This document shows, one piece after another, positions 39,496-54,339 of a stretch of 64,000 bases of DNA (position 1 is the stretch's first letter; every line of letters starts with the position of its first letter). The stretch comes from Nageia nagi (taxonomy: Eukaryota > Plantae > Pinophyta), in the NCBI GenBank assembly GCA_050084985.1, contig JBITNC010000001.1:85312001-85376000 (forward strand). Reading direction: 5' to 3'. The translations under genes and the position numbers were made by a program. The notes below the pieces were generated by a model. It had not been told where the DNA came from and ran no database searches. It saw only the letters and a program-made list of their open reading frames with translations.

Positions 39496-42400
39496 TTAAA
39501 AGGTAAAATTGATTTCAACCAATAACATCCTTCAAATTTATTATTTTCCTCACATTTTCATTGAATTTTCAAAATTTGCTTGTATTTGAATTTTTTTATT
39601 TTCTTGTTTTTCAGCCCCCTAAGTGCAAAAAATATGTAAATTTTATGGAATTTATGATCAATTTTGATAAACATTTTAATAGGATAGTATAAGGAGAGAA
39701 TCATATTAGATATGAGATTTTAAGCTTTAATCAATTAGTTTTAACCCGATTATGATCCAATTCACACCTAGCAATAGTCATGTTACATTTGGAAAAAGAG
39801 ATAGAAAGTTTTTAGAGAGGTTTTATAGCTCAAAATACACTTTATGCTAGGTGCACCTTGCTTAAGATCCCATTTTCTAGGTGCACTGTACCTAGGACCA
39901 AGTGCACCATGCCCAACCCTTAGGCATACCACACTTGATAAATAGTGCATTTTGAGCTCCAGAATCAATTCTAGGTGCACCATGCCCCTAAATAAAGGCC
40001 CAATTTTCTTAGAAAAGTCATAGACCAGATGTGGTTCAAACTATACCTATAAATAAAGGTGAGGTTTTCTTAGATGAATTTCAATTGAGATACCATTTAA
40101 ACTATGCCTAGGACCAATGTGTCTCAACTTTTCAATTTTTAGTAAAAACATTATTATAGGATGAAGAGCTTTGGCTTTTCAGATCAAAAAATAGTCATGT
40201 AAAGGATTAGGATATGTGTTTACACTTGTAAAAGAGTGTGCATCCATTTTTTCTTTCATTTTACCAAGTTTCCCTTGGTGATTGGCATGTTTTGTTGAAA
40301 TATCTCTCATTTAGGAGGGACTTGTAACCTACTTAGCTTTATAGCTCGAGCAAGACGAAATGTTTGAGTCTAGGTAAGACTTTGAATTTCTTTTCATACC
40401 TAGTTCATATTATTTTATTGCTTGGCACATCCTAGGATTTCCTTTAGTTTTATGTAGTAGTAAAATTACATTCACCCTTGGGGGTTATTATTGCATACAC
40501 AAAAAATGTACTTTGGATTTAAAACTTATTTCTTTAATTGAGGTTTATTTACTTATTGGGAACTTGCTTGCTCTTTGTTGAGTGCATCAAAAATTATTAT
40601 TTTACCTCATTTCATTTGAAAAGGAAAAAGATATCAAAAAGAGCATACTTTGGAAGGGATTGTAAACATTATTGAGGGAGTAGTGTGCATCTAATATTAA
40701 TTGCATCTAATATTTACTTTTTGTACTAAATTCCATCATAATCCTAGGCAGTTACTAGGGTACATGGATTTGATTACCATATCCTAACCCATACTCAAAG
40801 ATGAAATTTGAAGTGGGAGACCCCCTCCATTTAGGATAGCTTCCTATGGAGGGTACCAAAGAACCCTTGCAAAATGATCTACAGCCCTAGAAGATTGATC
40901 CCTTACCTTACTAAATGCTTGAATAGAATCATTATGTCTAGGGAAATGTAAAAAATGTTGTGTTAGAAAGAACAAGTACCTTTAAAGCTACCAAATTTAA
41001 AAAGATAAAGAGTCAAAATTAATAAAGAAAAAATTAGAACTAAGCAAAAATTGCTATCTATAATCATTATGATCTTCATATAGTTATTACATCATCCTAA
41101 ATGTTTGTTTACATTTTTATAAAAACTAACCAAGAGTAATTTTTGAAAATACTATAAGCTTTGTATTTTGTGTTTATTTCATTCTTGTTTGTACTTTCAC
41201 TTCAGTTGTACTCATAGTTTGTAAAAGTTCCACATTGTAGTTGTATGAAAATGGAGACTGATCTATTTAAGGATCTAATATGGTATGAGGATTCCCTAGT
41301 GAAAATGGTTTATATAAAAGCTTCAAAGATAAAGAAGAATGAAACTGCAATAAAGGTGAGCGAAAACATAGTGTGGATAATCAGTCCATTGGATTTTATA
41401 AGGTTCTCCAAACTTACTAACACCTCATAATTGATAAAATGGTAATACTGATGGAGGAAGTTTACAACTCAATTTGTTCTACACCATAAGTTTTGGGAAT
41501 ACCTAGAAATATTTTGGTTTGGTAAGACCATTACAATAATGTCATAATTTATGAGAGTGTGCCTCAAGTTGTTGTTGGTACATCTCTATCTCCACCCAAA
41601 CTTAATTAAAAACTTCTAAATGACTATAATTGGTATAAAGAGATGATGGATCAAATCCAAAATAAAAATATTTAGCTAGGCATCTCATAAAATGATTTAA
41701 ATCCACCATAAACTCTAATTGGACAAAATTTTGTTCAAGGTTGGTTTCCACCTCAAGAATGAAAACTATTTACCAACCAAGAAACCACATTCAAAACTCC
41801 TTAACCATCCAAAGAACATCTGATTATGAAAATTTTACAACCAAATATAGATTTATTAAATTTTCAAAGAAATATACAAAAAGCACAAGAAATATTTAAC
41901 TAGAGGTTATCATAAGAGAAGCCCATAATCCCTCAACCTCCACCCAAAGTTGAAAAACACTTCCAAAATATAATTCCAAACTTTGAAAATGTTGTTCAAC
42001 ACAATACCCCTCCATCATTTCAATGGGAAATAAATTATAATGAAGCTAATACTTCCCAACATATTGCCTTCCAAAATTCACCAAATATCCAAAAAAACTA
42101 ATGCCAATAATTTTTAAAATTCATAAAAGTAAGTATCTTGGAACATAAGTACACAATGATAAAATCCCAATATTGATCCACATAACCAAGACAAGCTTGA
42201 TGATTAGGATGGCCTTGGATAACCTTTTGTGCAATACCAACAAAATACCCAAAGTTGACCAAACTAAGGTATGGCTCATTTCAAACCTATTTATTTCAAA
42301 ATACTTGAAACAACATGTAAAATCTTTATGGAGATCAAAACTCCACTCGTAATTAACTACAAAATACCAATCCACAAAATACCCAACAAGGTTCCTCAAA

Positions 42401-45400
42401 TCCACCCATGGAAGAAATGAAATAATTTAATGGACACATGCAAAATATTATGTACCAAAAATAATGCTTGATGTACATGTAAATCAAAATTAGAATATCT
42501 TATAAGGTATACAATAAGGGCCATATCAAAATATCTAACAAACTAGTGGACAAAATATGGAACAAGGCTATGGTCTCAATACTCAATTTCAACCCTTAGG
42601 TAAACAAAAAGAATATAATCAAAATCTTGGGGAAAACAAGGCATATTCTATAACCCTAATGCACATGCTTTTGAGAGGCAAGTGAGTTTGTTTAATAAAC
42701 CAAATTAGTCTTATGGTGGATCAAATCCACCCCATGGTGGACCAAATTCACCTTTTGGAGGACCTAATATATACAATAAAAGCCAAATTATGAAAATATT
42801 GTAAGAACTAGAGGAAATGAAAAATAATATAGGATTATATAAATTCAACTATGGAGAAATATGCAATGAGCCTATAAATCCTTGGGTTTCTATGAGTTCT
42901 TAACCCAAGAAATTAGACATGCATAAAATAGATAAGTTCAAGAGTAAAGAGGATCCCAAGGAGCATTTGAGGTACTTCAAGCATGCTTGTTATTTGATTG
43001 CAAATGATAATATTCTCTTATTGAAAACTTTTCATTTGACTCTTGGGGGACAAGCTATGAATTGGTACAATGCTTTACCACAACATAGTTTGTATACATT
43101 TTAGCAACATGAAAACCTATTTCTTGAATATTTCTTAATTGATATCAATAAGAGGGGTTCCATTACTAATCTAATGAAGTTTTATAAGTTTGATCAAGAT
43201 TTCATTTCTAATTATGTTTCTAGGTGGCAGTATTTGATTACTGATATGAACTTCTCTTTACCTCAAGAGGAGTTCATGAGATTATTTAGGAAAAGTTATA
43301 TTTGATATCTCAACTTATCTCCAAATACACGAACATAAGACCTTTGAGGAAGTAATTTTTCAATTAAAGGTTGTAGAGGAAGTGATGGTTCATAATGGTG
43401 AGATCAATGTGGTAAAGAAATAAAATAATAAATGAGGTTATGGATCCAATAAAAGTGGTGTTACAAATGGAGGTAATACCCAAGTCAATTAATTTATGCT
43501 CCAAGAACCACTACCACCTCCAATGCAAAATGTTTAGCAAGATTATAAAATGAATGTACCTACTTAATATTAAAATTAATCACATGGTAGGAATCACAAT
43601 CAAGCATAGGAGTAGTCTTCTAGGCTACAAATGAAGTTTGAGAAATTAGGGGAACCTTTATCCAGGTTCTTCACAAAACTTAATGATACTAAACTATTGA
43701 TATTACTAGAAGTTTGGTGGCATCCTTCTTGGGCCACTTAACCATGGTATAAGGATGATAATTTTTATTATTTTCATAAAATGCAAGGCCATAGTACTGA
43801 ATGTTCTATTTATTTATGTAAGCTCATTCAAAGGTTCATAGATTCAAGGAAGCTAGTGCTTAATGTAATATCTTTTGATCCTAACACCAACTTACAAGTC
43901 TATTAGAATCTATTTCATCCATGGTGTGTGAATAAAGTTTGTACCACTAGGTAGTACAATCAATCTTTATTTACATAGAATGTACCCTATGATTATGGAA
44001 TGTAGCAAAAATAGGTACAAAAATCAAAATAAAAATATGTATAGATGCATGTTGTAGGGATGGTAAATTTAGCCACTAGGGCTTACTAGTATAGAGATAA
44101 AGGAAAGGGCCAACAAAAAACTCATGCTGAGATATTAATATACCAAATCATATTCCTCCTCCACCTCCAGTATAGTGGAGTGTCAAGGTGAAGTTACAAA
44201 GCAACTTGGAGTAGTAGTTGAGACTTACACCCATCAAATTCTCTATATGGGATCTAATAAAGAATTCTCATCAACATAGAGAGGCTTTGGATCAAACTTT
44301 TCAAACTATAGAGTTGGATGCCTCAAATCCCAATGCTTTTATCAACTTTATTACAAGTGAAAGTAGGGTAGTTAATTCCATTATTTAAGCATGAAATATA
44401 TAATATAATAAATTAGAAATATAAGGATCTGTATTAGTAAATCTTATTCTATATTTGTCACATATTAAGGAACCCATACTTCCTCTACAAAATTTCAATA
44501 ATCAATTATACAACAAATTGAGTAGCATTATTTTTCTTATCTTGATGGGGTCCAATAATATTCATACATGCTTTTAGGTGATATAGTGAGAACAATAGTA
44601 TAACTTCCTACTTGGCAGAAATTGTATTAGAGATATGGAGTGCATCCCTTACACATTACATGGTTGTGTGAAATATATTAAGGATGGGGAAGTACATTGC
44701 ATATAGATAGATGAGGAACATTTCATCCATTGTAACCTTGTTGAGCTACCTAATGACCCTATCCTTCCATCCACACATATATTTTTTGAGATTATCCATA
44801 TTAACCAAGATCCATTATCTCTTGGTGACACAATTAACAAGAAATATCAAGAAGTAAAATGTGAATTAATTAGTAACATAGTCCCAATAAAAATGAATAA
44901 ATCTCCATAGATTTGTAAAAATATGATAAACCAACAATCATCTATGAGGAACCTAAGCAAGATATGCTCATGATTCTTTCCCCTACAACTCAAGAAGAAA
45001 TGTCTTAAAAGGCACAAGCAAAATACCTAGATAAAAAAACTTAAAAAATTAACTCCTCTACAAGTGAACCAAAATTTGATTACTCAAATAGAGGAGAATA
45101 ATGAGGTTAAAGAGGATCTTCAAGTTGTAACTAAAAAATATAAAGGAGGAACACACAAATGATCATGACCATATCTCTCTAGTGGATGTCCAATTTCAAA
45201 ATGTTAGGATTAGGGAGTATACCATCTATAGTATTATGTTTAATGTCTCATATTTGCATGATGGAGGCCATCTGTATGAGTCTCCCTTGGCCATTGGTAC
45301 TCTAGTACCACTTGTTCAATAGAATAACCAAACTTTCTTTGCCTATGCAAGTCTTGATTTTTCCTCCTACCAAATCTTTAAGATCTTGTCAAAATAAGCA

Positions 45401-48190
45401 TTTTAAGATAAAATGATTATTTATCTAAACCTTCTTTTACCCAACACTATTTTACCAAGTGTAAATGGTAGGGTTTTAGCTTTTTTTGATAGGAGAAAGG
45501 CATGATACATGTCATGCAACTACCCACTTAGGGTGATAAAGAAAAATAAGGCCTTGGTTTCAAGGGTCCTCCAACAATAACAACCACATCCCAAATTCAT
45601 GAGATAGAGGATGAGGGAGACTACAAGGAACTTACCTCCCCTCATGAGGAATTGGTATATGAAGCACCCTATTCTCTAATGTCTTAGTGTTCTATTCCTT
45701 CTTTTCTATTCAAACAATTTAACAAAGTTAGAGTCTTCTCGATTTCCACTTTCTTTCATCCCCTTGATTTTGATAGCATTCATATGGTGGATCAAGATAA
45801 TGTTGAATTTGGTGTGATTCTTATGACTAATCTTATCAACCATGTTAGTTTTATTTGACCTTATAGTGATGTTGACCCCTATGATGATGAGCCAAGTGAG
45901 GATACTTAGCCTTATCTTAACCAATAGTTGGTGGATGGATCACATATGCTAGTAGAGGAGTCAGTTGAGATTGACCTAGGAGATAACCCTATTATTCAAA
46001 AAATAGTTCAATTTTGCAAACCTAGGAGATAACCCTATTACTAATAAAATAGTTCAATTTTGCAAAGGGCTTGATACAAATGAGTTATAAGAGTGGACCA
46101 TAGAGATTAAGAAGATAGTTAAAGTCTTTTCTTATGCATATCAAGTTATTTCAAAGTTGAATACGAATATTTTAGTGCATCACTTAACTTTAAAACCTAA
46201 TGCTAAACCAATAAATAAAAAACCATGTCATATGCATCTTGGAAAGCTATTGTTAATCAAAGTAGTGCTTCAAGAGATGTTAGATTTTAAATTTATAGAG
46301 GTTATTGCTTATCTAGAGTGGGTATTGAATCCAATTATAGTCCCCAAACTAGATGATCGAATTAGAATTTGCTTAGACTTAAGGGATGTAATTAAGGCTT
46401 ATCCTAAGGATGCTTTTTCATCACCCAAAATTGATATCTTAGTAGGAAACACTACAGGTCACTGATGGATGGATCTTTTTAGCTATAATCAAATCATGAT
46501 CGCAAAAGAGGATAAACACAAAATGATATTCGTAACTCCATGGTGGACATGTCATTATAGATTGATGTCATTTGATCTCAAGAATGTAGAAGCAATGTAT
46601 CAAAGGGCTATGACTTATATTCTATATGACTATATCCATGATATAATTAAGGATTATGTGGATGACCTGATTGTAAAAAATAAAACATATGAGACTCATC
46701 TTGGAGTAGTGTATAAGGTCTTGGATAGATTGTTAGAATACAATGTTAAACTTTATCCCAAGAAGTGTATTTTTAATATTATATCATGGAAACTTTTAGG
46801 ATTCATTATATCCTAGAGAGGCATTGATGTTGATCATAACAAGGTCCATGCTATTAATGAAATACCTTCTATAAAGAATTTGAAATAGTTAGAGAGTTTA
46901 CAGGGAAAGATTCAAGCTACTAGAACATTTACAACATAATTATCCAATAAATATTGATCATTTAATAAGTTTCTAAATAAGAATATAAATTTTTTTTATG
47001 ATTTAGAGTATCAAGAGATTTTTAATGCAATAAAGAAATATCTTACACATCCTCATATTCTTATTCTTCCTAGGATGGGGTGCCCTTTCACTTGGACATT
47101 TGTACAATAGAATTTTCCTTGGGCTTGATGTTGGCCTAATAGAATGAAGCAAAGAGAGAAAATTATATACTACCTAAGTTTTACTCCAATGCTATATGAT
47201 ACTAGAGATTCACATATTGAGAAAGTATTCCTTGCAGTAGTCTTTGGAACTCAAAATATGAGACACTAAATGCTTAATCAAAATACCTATGTTATTTCCA
47301 AGATGGATCCATTGAAGTATGTGATGAATAAGACTATGGTTAATGCTCGAGTAGAAAAATGGATCATGTTTCTTATAGAGTTTGACCTTGATTCCATCAA
47401 TCAAAAATATACCAAGGTTAAGTTATTTAGTTCAATTAGTAGAAGCACCATAATAGAATGACATTCTACTACATATTGAGTTGTCAGATAGTAATTTTTT
47501 TGGTGTATTTGAGATTGAGGATGAGGTAAAATAAGAGGATTGTGACATGACCATGAATTTTGATGGATCTCATTGTGAGAAAGGGTGAGGATTCATGATA
47601 GTGTTTATAACACCTCAAGGTGTGCCCATGCATGTGTCTTTTAAACTATCTTTCAAGTGTATGAATAATAATGTTAAGTATGAAGCACTCATCCTTGTTT
47701 TAAAATTATCAATAGAGATGAATTATGAGCACCTTAAGATGTATGGTGACTTTATTAATGTAACCAAATTAAGGGAATCTATGCTTATATTGAATCTTAT
47801 ATTAAGTTGTATAAGTCCATGCTTGAGACTTTAGTAGAACATTTTAAAGCATATGATATTAAGGTTACACCTAGATCTTGAAATTATTTTATAGATACAA
47901 TGGCATATTTGGGATCCTTGATTCCCCAAACCCATTATGAAAGGTCATGCATGTAGAAGTGATTAATATGTATAATTCCTCTTTAGATTTACCATTGTAT
48001 CAAGAGGATCCCAAACCACAAGCCTAGGTCAATGAGTTAAATGTCATATCTAAGAACTTGTGGTATCACCAATTCATGGATTATCTTAAGTGGGAGACCT
48101 TGCCTGTCACCATGTATACTATCAAGAAGCACCAATTAAAATAGAAATTAATGAAATACACCATTCTAGGTGATGTGATTCATAGGAGGG

Positions 48191-48234
48191 GTGTGTGTGT
48201 GTGTGTGTGTGTGTGCATGTGTGTGCATGTGTGT
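48191..48234. repeat. (GT)n microsatellite inside the Tat integrase zinc-binding region
   Basis: GT run with two GCAT interruptions, between IHRRG and CHDG codons. Confidence 0.9.
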
Positions 48235-50223
48235 CACGATGGTACTTATGGAGGGAATTTTAGTGGATTCATAATTCCTAAATGAATTATTAGAATGGGA
48301 TATTACTAGCCTACTATGGAGAGAGATTGCAATGATTATGTCAAGAAGTGTGTAAAGTATCAACAACATGCCAATTTAACATACACACCCCCTCCAGCAT
48401 TACAACCCATTCAATCTATGTGGTCATTCTCTAGATGGGGATTTGATCTTATTAGTAAATTCAACTTGCCTTCATCTAAAGGGAACAAGTTCATAATTAT
48501 TATCATCAAACATTTCATAAAGTGGGTAGAGGAAGCCCCATTGTATCTAATAAGGATTCCAAAATTATGGAATTAATTGAGCATAATATTACCAATTTAT
48601 TTGGCATCCCTATGTGGATCATGTTTGATAATGGTATAAACTTAAAGAATAAGGATATGCAAATCTTATGTTACAAATATAAGATTAAACAAAACTTTTA
48701 TATGCCTTACTATTTGTAGGGTAATGAGAAAGCAAAGGCAAAAAATAAGATTATAGTGGAAATCCTTATGAAAACTATTAACAAATCATATAGGGATTGA
48801 CACATTTAGGTACTACTAGGTTTATGGGCCTATGAGACTAGCATTCACACTCCTATAGGTGCCACAATATTCTCAATAGTTTATGAGGCTGAGGTTGTGT
48901 TGCCTCTAGAGCTTGATATCCCATCCTTGCGAACTTAGTTTTAAGATCTTCTTTTGGTACTAGAGGCTCAATAAGCTTGATTAAACTAGTTGGTTTTGTT
49001 AGATGAGAGGTGTATGAATACCTTGGACCACTTGAAAGAATATCGGAATCATCTTAAGAAAGCTTATAGTAAAAAGGTTAGGCCATATGAATTTTAGATA
49101 GGTGATGTTATATTAAAGAAAAATCAGCAACATTCACACTTAGAGTAGTTTCTCATGGATAAGTTCACTCCAAGTTGGTTGGGGACCTATGTTATTAAAC
49201 AAAAATTTGGTTCAAGGGCACACTACTTGGATACCTTGGAAGGGGTAGAAGAGGTTGAACAAATCAATATTATACATATTTGTCCCTTGCAAATCTAGGG
49301 TGATGCATGGTTTTCCTATTGGTCAACTTGATTTTTATCTGTCTTGCATATTCTATTCCTAAAAAAGATTAAAATAAACTTTAAAAAATATTTGTCTTAA
49401 TCAGCACATAAATCCATAAATATCTAGTTTTTATTTTATTATTTTCCATCATTCCATAATGAGTGATAGTCTTGTTTGACTTATCTTTTTTGGTTTCTAC
49501 GCCCATCTAAGGACTCCTATGCAAGTTATATTAAGTAGCTATGAGGGTCTTTTTTCATCTAGCAATGTTTTAATTTCATTGGGCTAGATCTTAACATTTA
49601 GGATCGATACTTGTATGGTTTTTCATTTTTAGTATTTTCCATCTTTTTTGGGAATACAAGGACCACTAGTCACTCATTCCTAACATCAATCATTTGGATT
49701 TTCTTCACTTTAATGTACTTGGTTTATTTTTTATTGTATTTTCTTAACAATTCATAAAGGTTATAGAACCGTTAGACAACACATCCTTCCTAATTCGATT
49801 GGGGCTAGACTTTGTCTTACACATTCATATAGAAGTCAATTCCAAACCTATTTGGATTGATTGTTGTGTCCACTTATTATGTTTTAAAGTTACCAATCAT
49901 TCATATTTTTATTATTTCTCAGAGTGGATCAAGATCATTGAATGGATTTCCTTGCATTGTTGCATAAAATAGGAGGAACAAGGTCTCATTCAACACATTA
50001 AAATAGAAGTTAGTCTCAAAATTCCTATATCGTATCATTGTATTTTGATTTTTGGTTCAAAGCATTAAAAATAATTCATCTAAGGCAAATTTAAAATACA
50101 TCCATCATAACCATCTCAAAGTGTGTAACAATAAAAACATGCATAAATTGAACTGTCACATTCCATTACCATCATAATAAATAAAAGTAACATAAAAATA
50201 TTCACCATGATTTTGAAACAATG

Positions 50224-50265
<42 letters not shown>

Positions 50266-50419
50266 GTGACATAGGCCATCACAAAGGTACATAAATAATC
50301 ATGAATGGTCTAGTACAAAAATGTGGTTTAATGAAATTCACCCATCTCATAAGTCTTGTCTAGACTATGTAGTCTAACCAACCAAAATGTATGTATCTAT
50401 TCACCATTATTCACCCTCA

Positions 50420-52140
50420 AATATTTATAGAGGAGGATGGAGATCTTTGATGTCATCTCGTAGCAGACTGGAAGTGTCCAAAGCTCACTCCCTTATGTGT
50501 CTAACTATTTCATGTGGAGAAGATGTTACATGTGATGCACTCATCATATACACACTCTTAGATGCCCTGTGTGTCCCCTATGTCCTATATGTCCTACTCT
50601 ATGAATGTGAAGAGACTTCTAGAAATGGAATAGTCCTTCATATGAACTCTATCAAGTAAATTATGATTTGGCTTCTTTGAATCTCTACCCATCAACTTAG
50701 GCTCATAATATTCTATTTTATCTCCTACTCTCTCTAACTAGGCTCGACACTCTCTAGGCATCTAGTCTATAGCCTCTAGAGGAGCTCCACTCAAGCTGCT
50801 CTAGATCCTAGACTCTTTGATGGAGATTGACCTCCCAAAGTTAACTCTTTTTCTCATGCTACTTACTTTCCTCTAAGTTGTACTTTATCAACAAACTAAG
50901 GCTCTCACTTCGTAAGTTAGCCTTTGTTCTCTCCTTTACCACCACTAGCCTATGCTTAGCAACCCTTGCTAAACCTCCCTCATCTCACTAGGGGGAGCTT
51001 CTATCTATATCTAACATTCCTTTACAAGTGGTCATCCTCATCCTTTGCAACCTCCTCCTTGATCCACTTTGTATATCAATCTATCCATTATCTAGTATAG
51101 GCCTCCATGTAGCTTACATCATCCTAATTACATGCAGCCTCTTCATTGTTATATACCTCCTTATAGGTATCTTGGTATTGTATATGGGGCTTCCCATCTC
51201 TAAAATTTAATTGATGATAATCAAAGTAGTCTATGTGGCCTCTACAGTTCCTAATCCATATTGCTCATTTGATATGACCTAATTGCACTTTATCCTCATC
51301 TTAGGCTAGGCCTCCTCTACACAACCTCTAGATCATATATCTCAATTGTAGTCTCTAGAAAATATCCCTATTATATGCCACTTGTACACCTCTAAGTCAT
51401 TAAGTTTAGGGTTCATGATGGTGTCCTAAATTTATCATGTATGGAGCCTCTATGTTAGGCTTCTTGAAGCATAGTGCATCTTGAACATGAATATTAAAGG
51501 CTAGACATATGGATTGTACCATTTCTATGTGCTCCCATCCCTATGCTTAATGAAATAAAGAATAACATGTCCCTTTGTGTACCCCTATATCCATCTCAAA
51601 TAGCTCATGGTATAGCTCACCTAAGAAGGTTGATCCCCATGTGAATACCCTACCATCATCCCTCATCTCTCTTAGAGCTTGGCATAGCTTCCACAAAAAC
51701 CTAGACCCTATAGCATTTGGTAGAATAAAAAATATGATGATCATCATTACAAAGCATGTTAATCTATCTATAAGCCCATCATTGAATGCATTCTTATAAT
51801 GGAATCCTCCTCCATCCCATCACAACAAATGGTAGTGGTCACTGATGATCTTGATAGTTGCTACCTCTCTATTAACCTTGTTTAGTAGCCCAATAACTAT
51901 TGCACCCTCCATCAAAATCTATAGTATCCACCAAACATCCTCCAAAGTCATTATACACTCCCCAATCAATATAGGAAAAGTATTGGTGGATGAGTCCCAC
52001 TGCTTGCACAAGGCTATGACATAACTTGAGTTTTCCACAACCATATGGATCATACTAGTGTATCCCAATCTAATATTGTGAAGCCAAATCCAATAAGTCA
52101 TTGGTATCTCCTACTATAGTTGTACATATAACTTACTAAA
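50420..52140 (-). pseudogene. Antisense extra ORF of the Tat element encoding a Plant Mobile Domain (PMD, aminotransferase-like), decayed
   Basis: VIALCKQWDSSTNTFPILIGECIMTLEDVWWIL (cf. ALVERW..ET.TF.LP.GE.TITLEDV), FTWGSTFLGELYHEL (cf. YSWGSA.LA.LYR.L) and GWEHI (cf. WAWEH) occur in the correct order. An acidic C-terminal region follows; its extent is approximate. Confidence 0.82.
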
Positions 52141-54339
52141 TTGATGTTTCATGCATGGTGTCTCATTATACAATAAAAAAATAAAATTATGTGGATAATG
52201 TTATCATTTATACAAACCAATATCTCCATAATAATTACCAAAGTTTCATTCATAAGTATTTCAAAAATATTTATGCCTTCAGTATGTTGTAGCCTTTGAT
52301 GTAACTATTTTATCATCACATCCAACATCGCCAAGCAAACATTCTTATTTTCTTATTCATCAAAAAGTGCTCCAAACTAAAATATGGTCTGTGCAAATAA
52401 GGTATGTACCAACTCATACTAGGGAAGCTTATAACTAGCATCATGGTACTTACAAAACATTAATTTGTATTGAATATAGTTTTTTGTATGGTAAAATTTG
52501 CAAATTCTCTCAACATGTCTTATGAGGTGCATTTCAAAATTAAAAAAAGCATGACCACCAATTGTTACCTTAGGGGAAACCATGCTAAAATCTTTGATGA
52601 TACATTTACCATTAATGATTTTATGAAATTTATGCTATTTAATAAGCAAAGGTGCAACAACAAAATTGAGATTTTTGCATTTGGACCAGTCCTTTTTGTA
52701 AGAAACATGAATTTACATTCAACTAAGAACAATTACCAATTTTGTGCAATTACATTACAAATAAGTAAAAAAATCTAAATTTTTGATGTTAAATCAACCT
52801 TTAGTGTCTTATAAAACCAACCAACAAGTTTTTGATGCTTTAATAACTAACTTGATGTTTGTTAAAAATAATTATCAAAATTTTATTTTTAGGAAAATGT
52901 TTGATTAAATCTTGCAAAAATTGATGAAATTGCACAAAATGGGGTTCAATCTAGTTTACATAGCATTAAATTTGAGCAATGACCATCAAACAATTCTTAA
53001 ACATGTAATTCAAAGAGCAAATTTTTAAAAATATGAGCCAAATAATGCCCAAATTGGGTTACAAACTAGGCATGATTTACCTAGGGGTATGTGCCCTAGG
53101 CACGATGTGCTTGGCCTTAGTTGTGAAACATACCAAGTCTAGTGTTTTGGAGGCCAAAAATTGCATAAAATGATAAAAAAATAAAATCCATTTTTGATAA
53201 AATCAAATCCATGAAAACCTAATTGGAGGAAACTAATGACGTGAGTTATTCTCTATTTCTTAGTTTGGTGCCCGAATTTAGAGTTATTTGCAAATTTCAA
53301 AACTAAAAACCCTTATGCATGGATTTTTTGGGCAAAAATCATGTTTTTTACTAAATTGGGTGATTTTTTGAAACTATGACACTATACAAATGCTATGGGG
53401 GGTAAAAAAAAGGTGGGTATGAAATTATTTTTAGATTTGACCCTCCATTTAAAAACAACAAGCAATAAACCATCTAAAATTCTCTTTTTGACCATTTTTG
53501 GGAATTTAAAAATCTTTTCATTTGGTTTGTTTCAAAAGAAATTATTCTAGGGTATGTTTTCCTATGGTCTAAATGTTCATTTTGTATTTTTATTTGGGCG
53601 GATTGGGATATTATGGATTCAAAATGACAAAATACAAATTTTATAGTAAATACATTAAAAATTCAAAAATTACAAAACAAAATGCATAATTCATATTTTC
53701 TGTTCTACCTCACACCTAGGGCATGGTTGACCAATGACACTTGGGCCTATAGATACATCATTCAATACCATAATTTCTTTATTACTCACTCTCCACCAAA
53801 TTTCCAACTTTCACATGTGCAATATGAGGTAAAAATAGTAACTTTTATCACTTATTTACCCTTTTTTGACTATTTTAAAGTCAAAATTTAAATTTTTGGT
53901 TCATGGGTGTGCCCAAATTTGTTCAAAATTATTTAAGTTATCTTTTTTAACCCATTATTTTCTTTAAAACTTACATTGGGGAATAAAAGAGATAACCATT
54001 CAAGATGCAAAAATATTTGACAAACATCACACATAATCCTTGCTTTTTTTGATAGATTTTATATTGACTTTTCTGATCAATACAATATCACTCAAGGGGG
54101 GTTACCATTTGATTGTTTAAAATTTCTAATTTATTTTATACAAAAAATGCAAAAATTTCAAATTTTTACTTCAAAATATGCATTTCTTAAAAAAATTACA
54201 AAATTGTTCAAAGTTTCCTAATTTCAAAATTTTCAAAATACAAATTGTTCAAATTTCTATGTTTTTAGCAAGACTAAATGCTTGCTAGTAATTCTCATGA
54301 TTACTCAATCCTGAACTCTTTGCATAGGTTTGATGCATT

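Noticed and set aside
45975-46066. 46-bp tandem duplication just before the Tat RT
   Set aside because: An ordinary post-insertion duplication in dead pol sequence.
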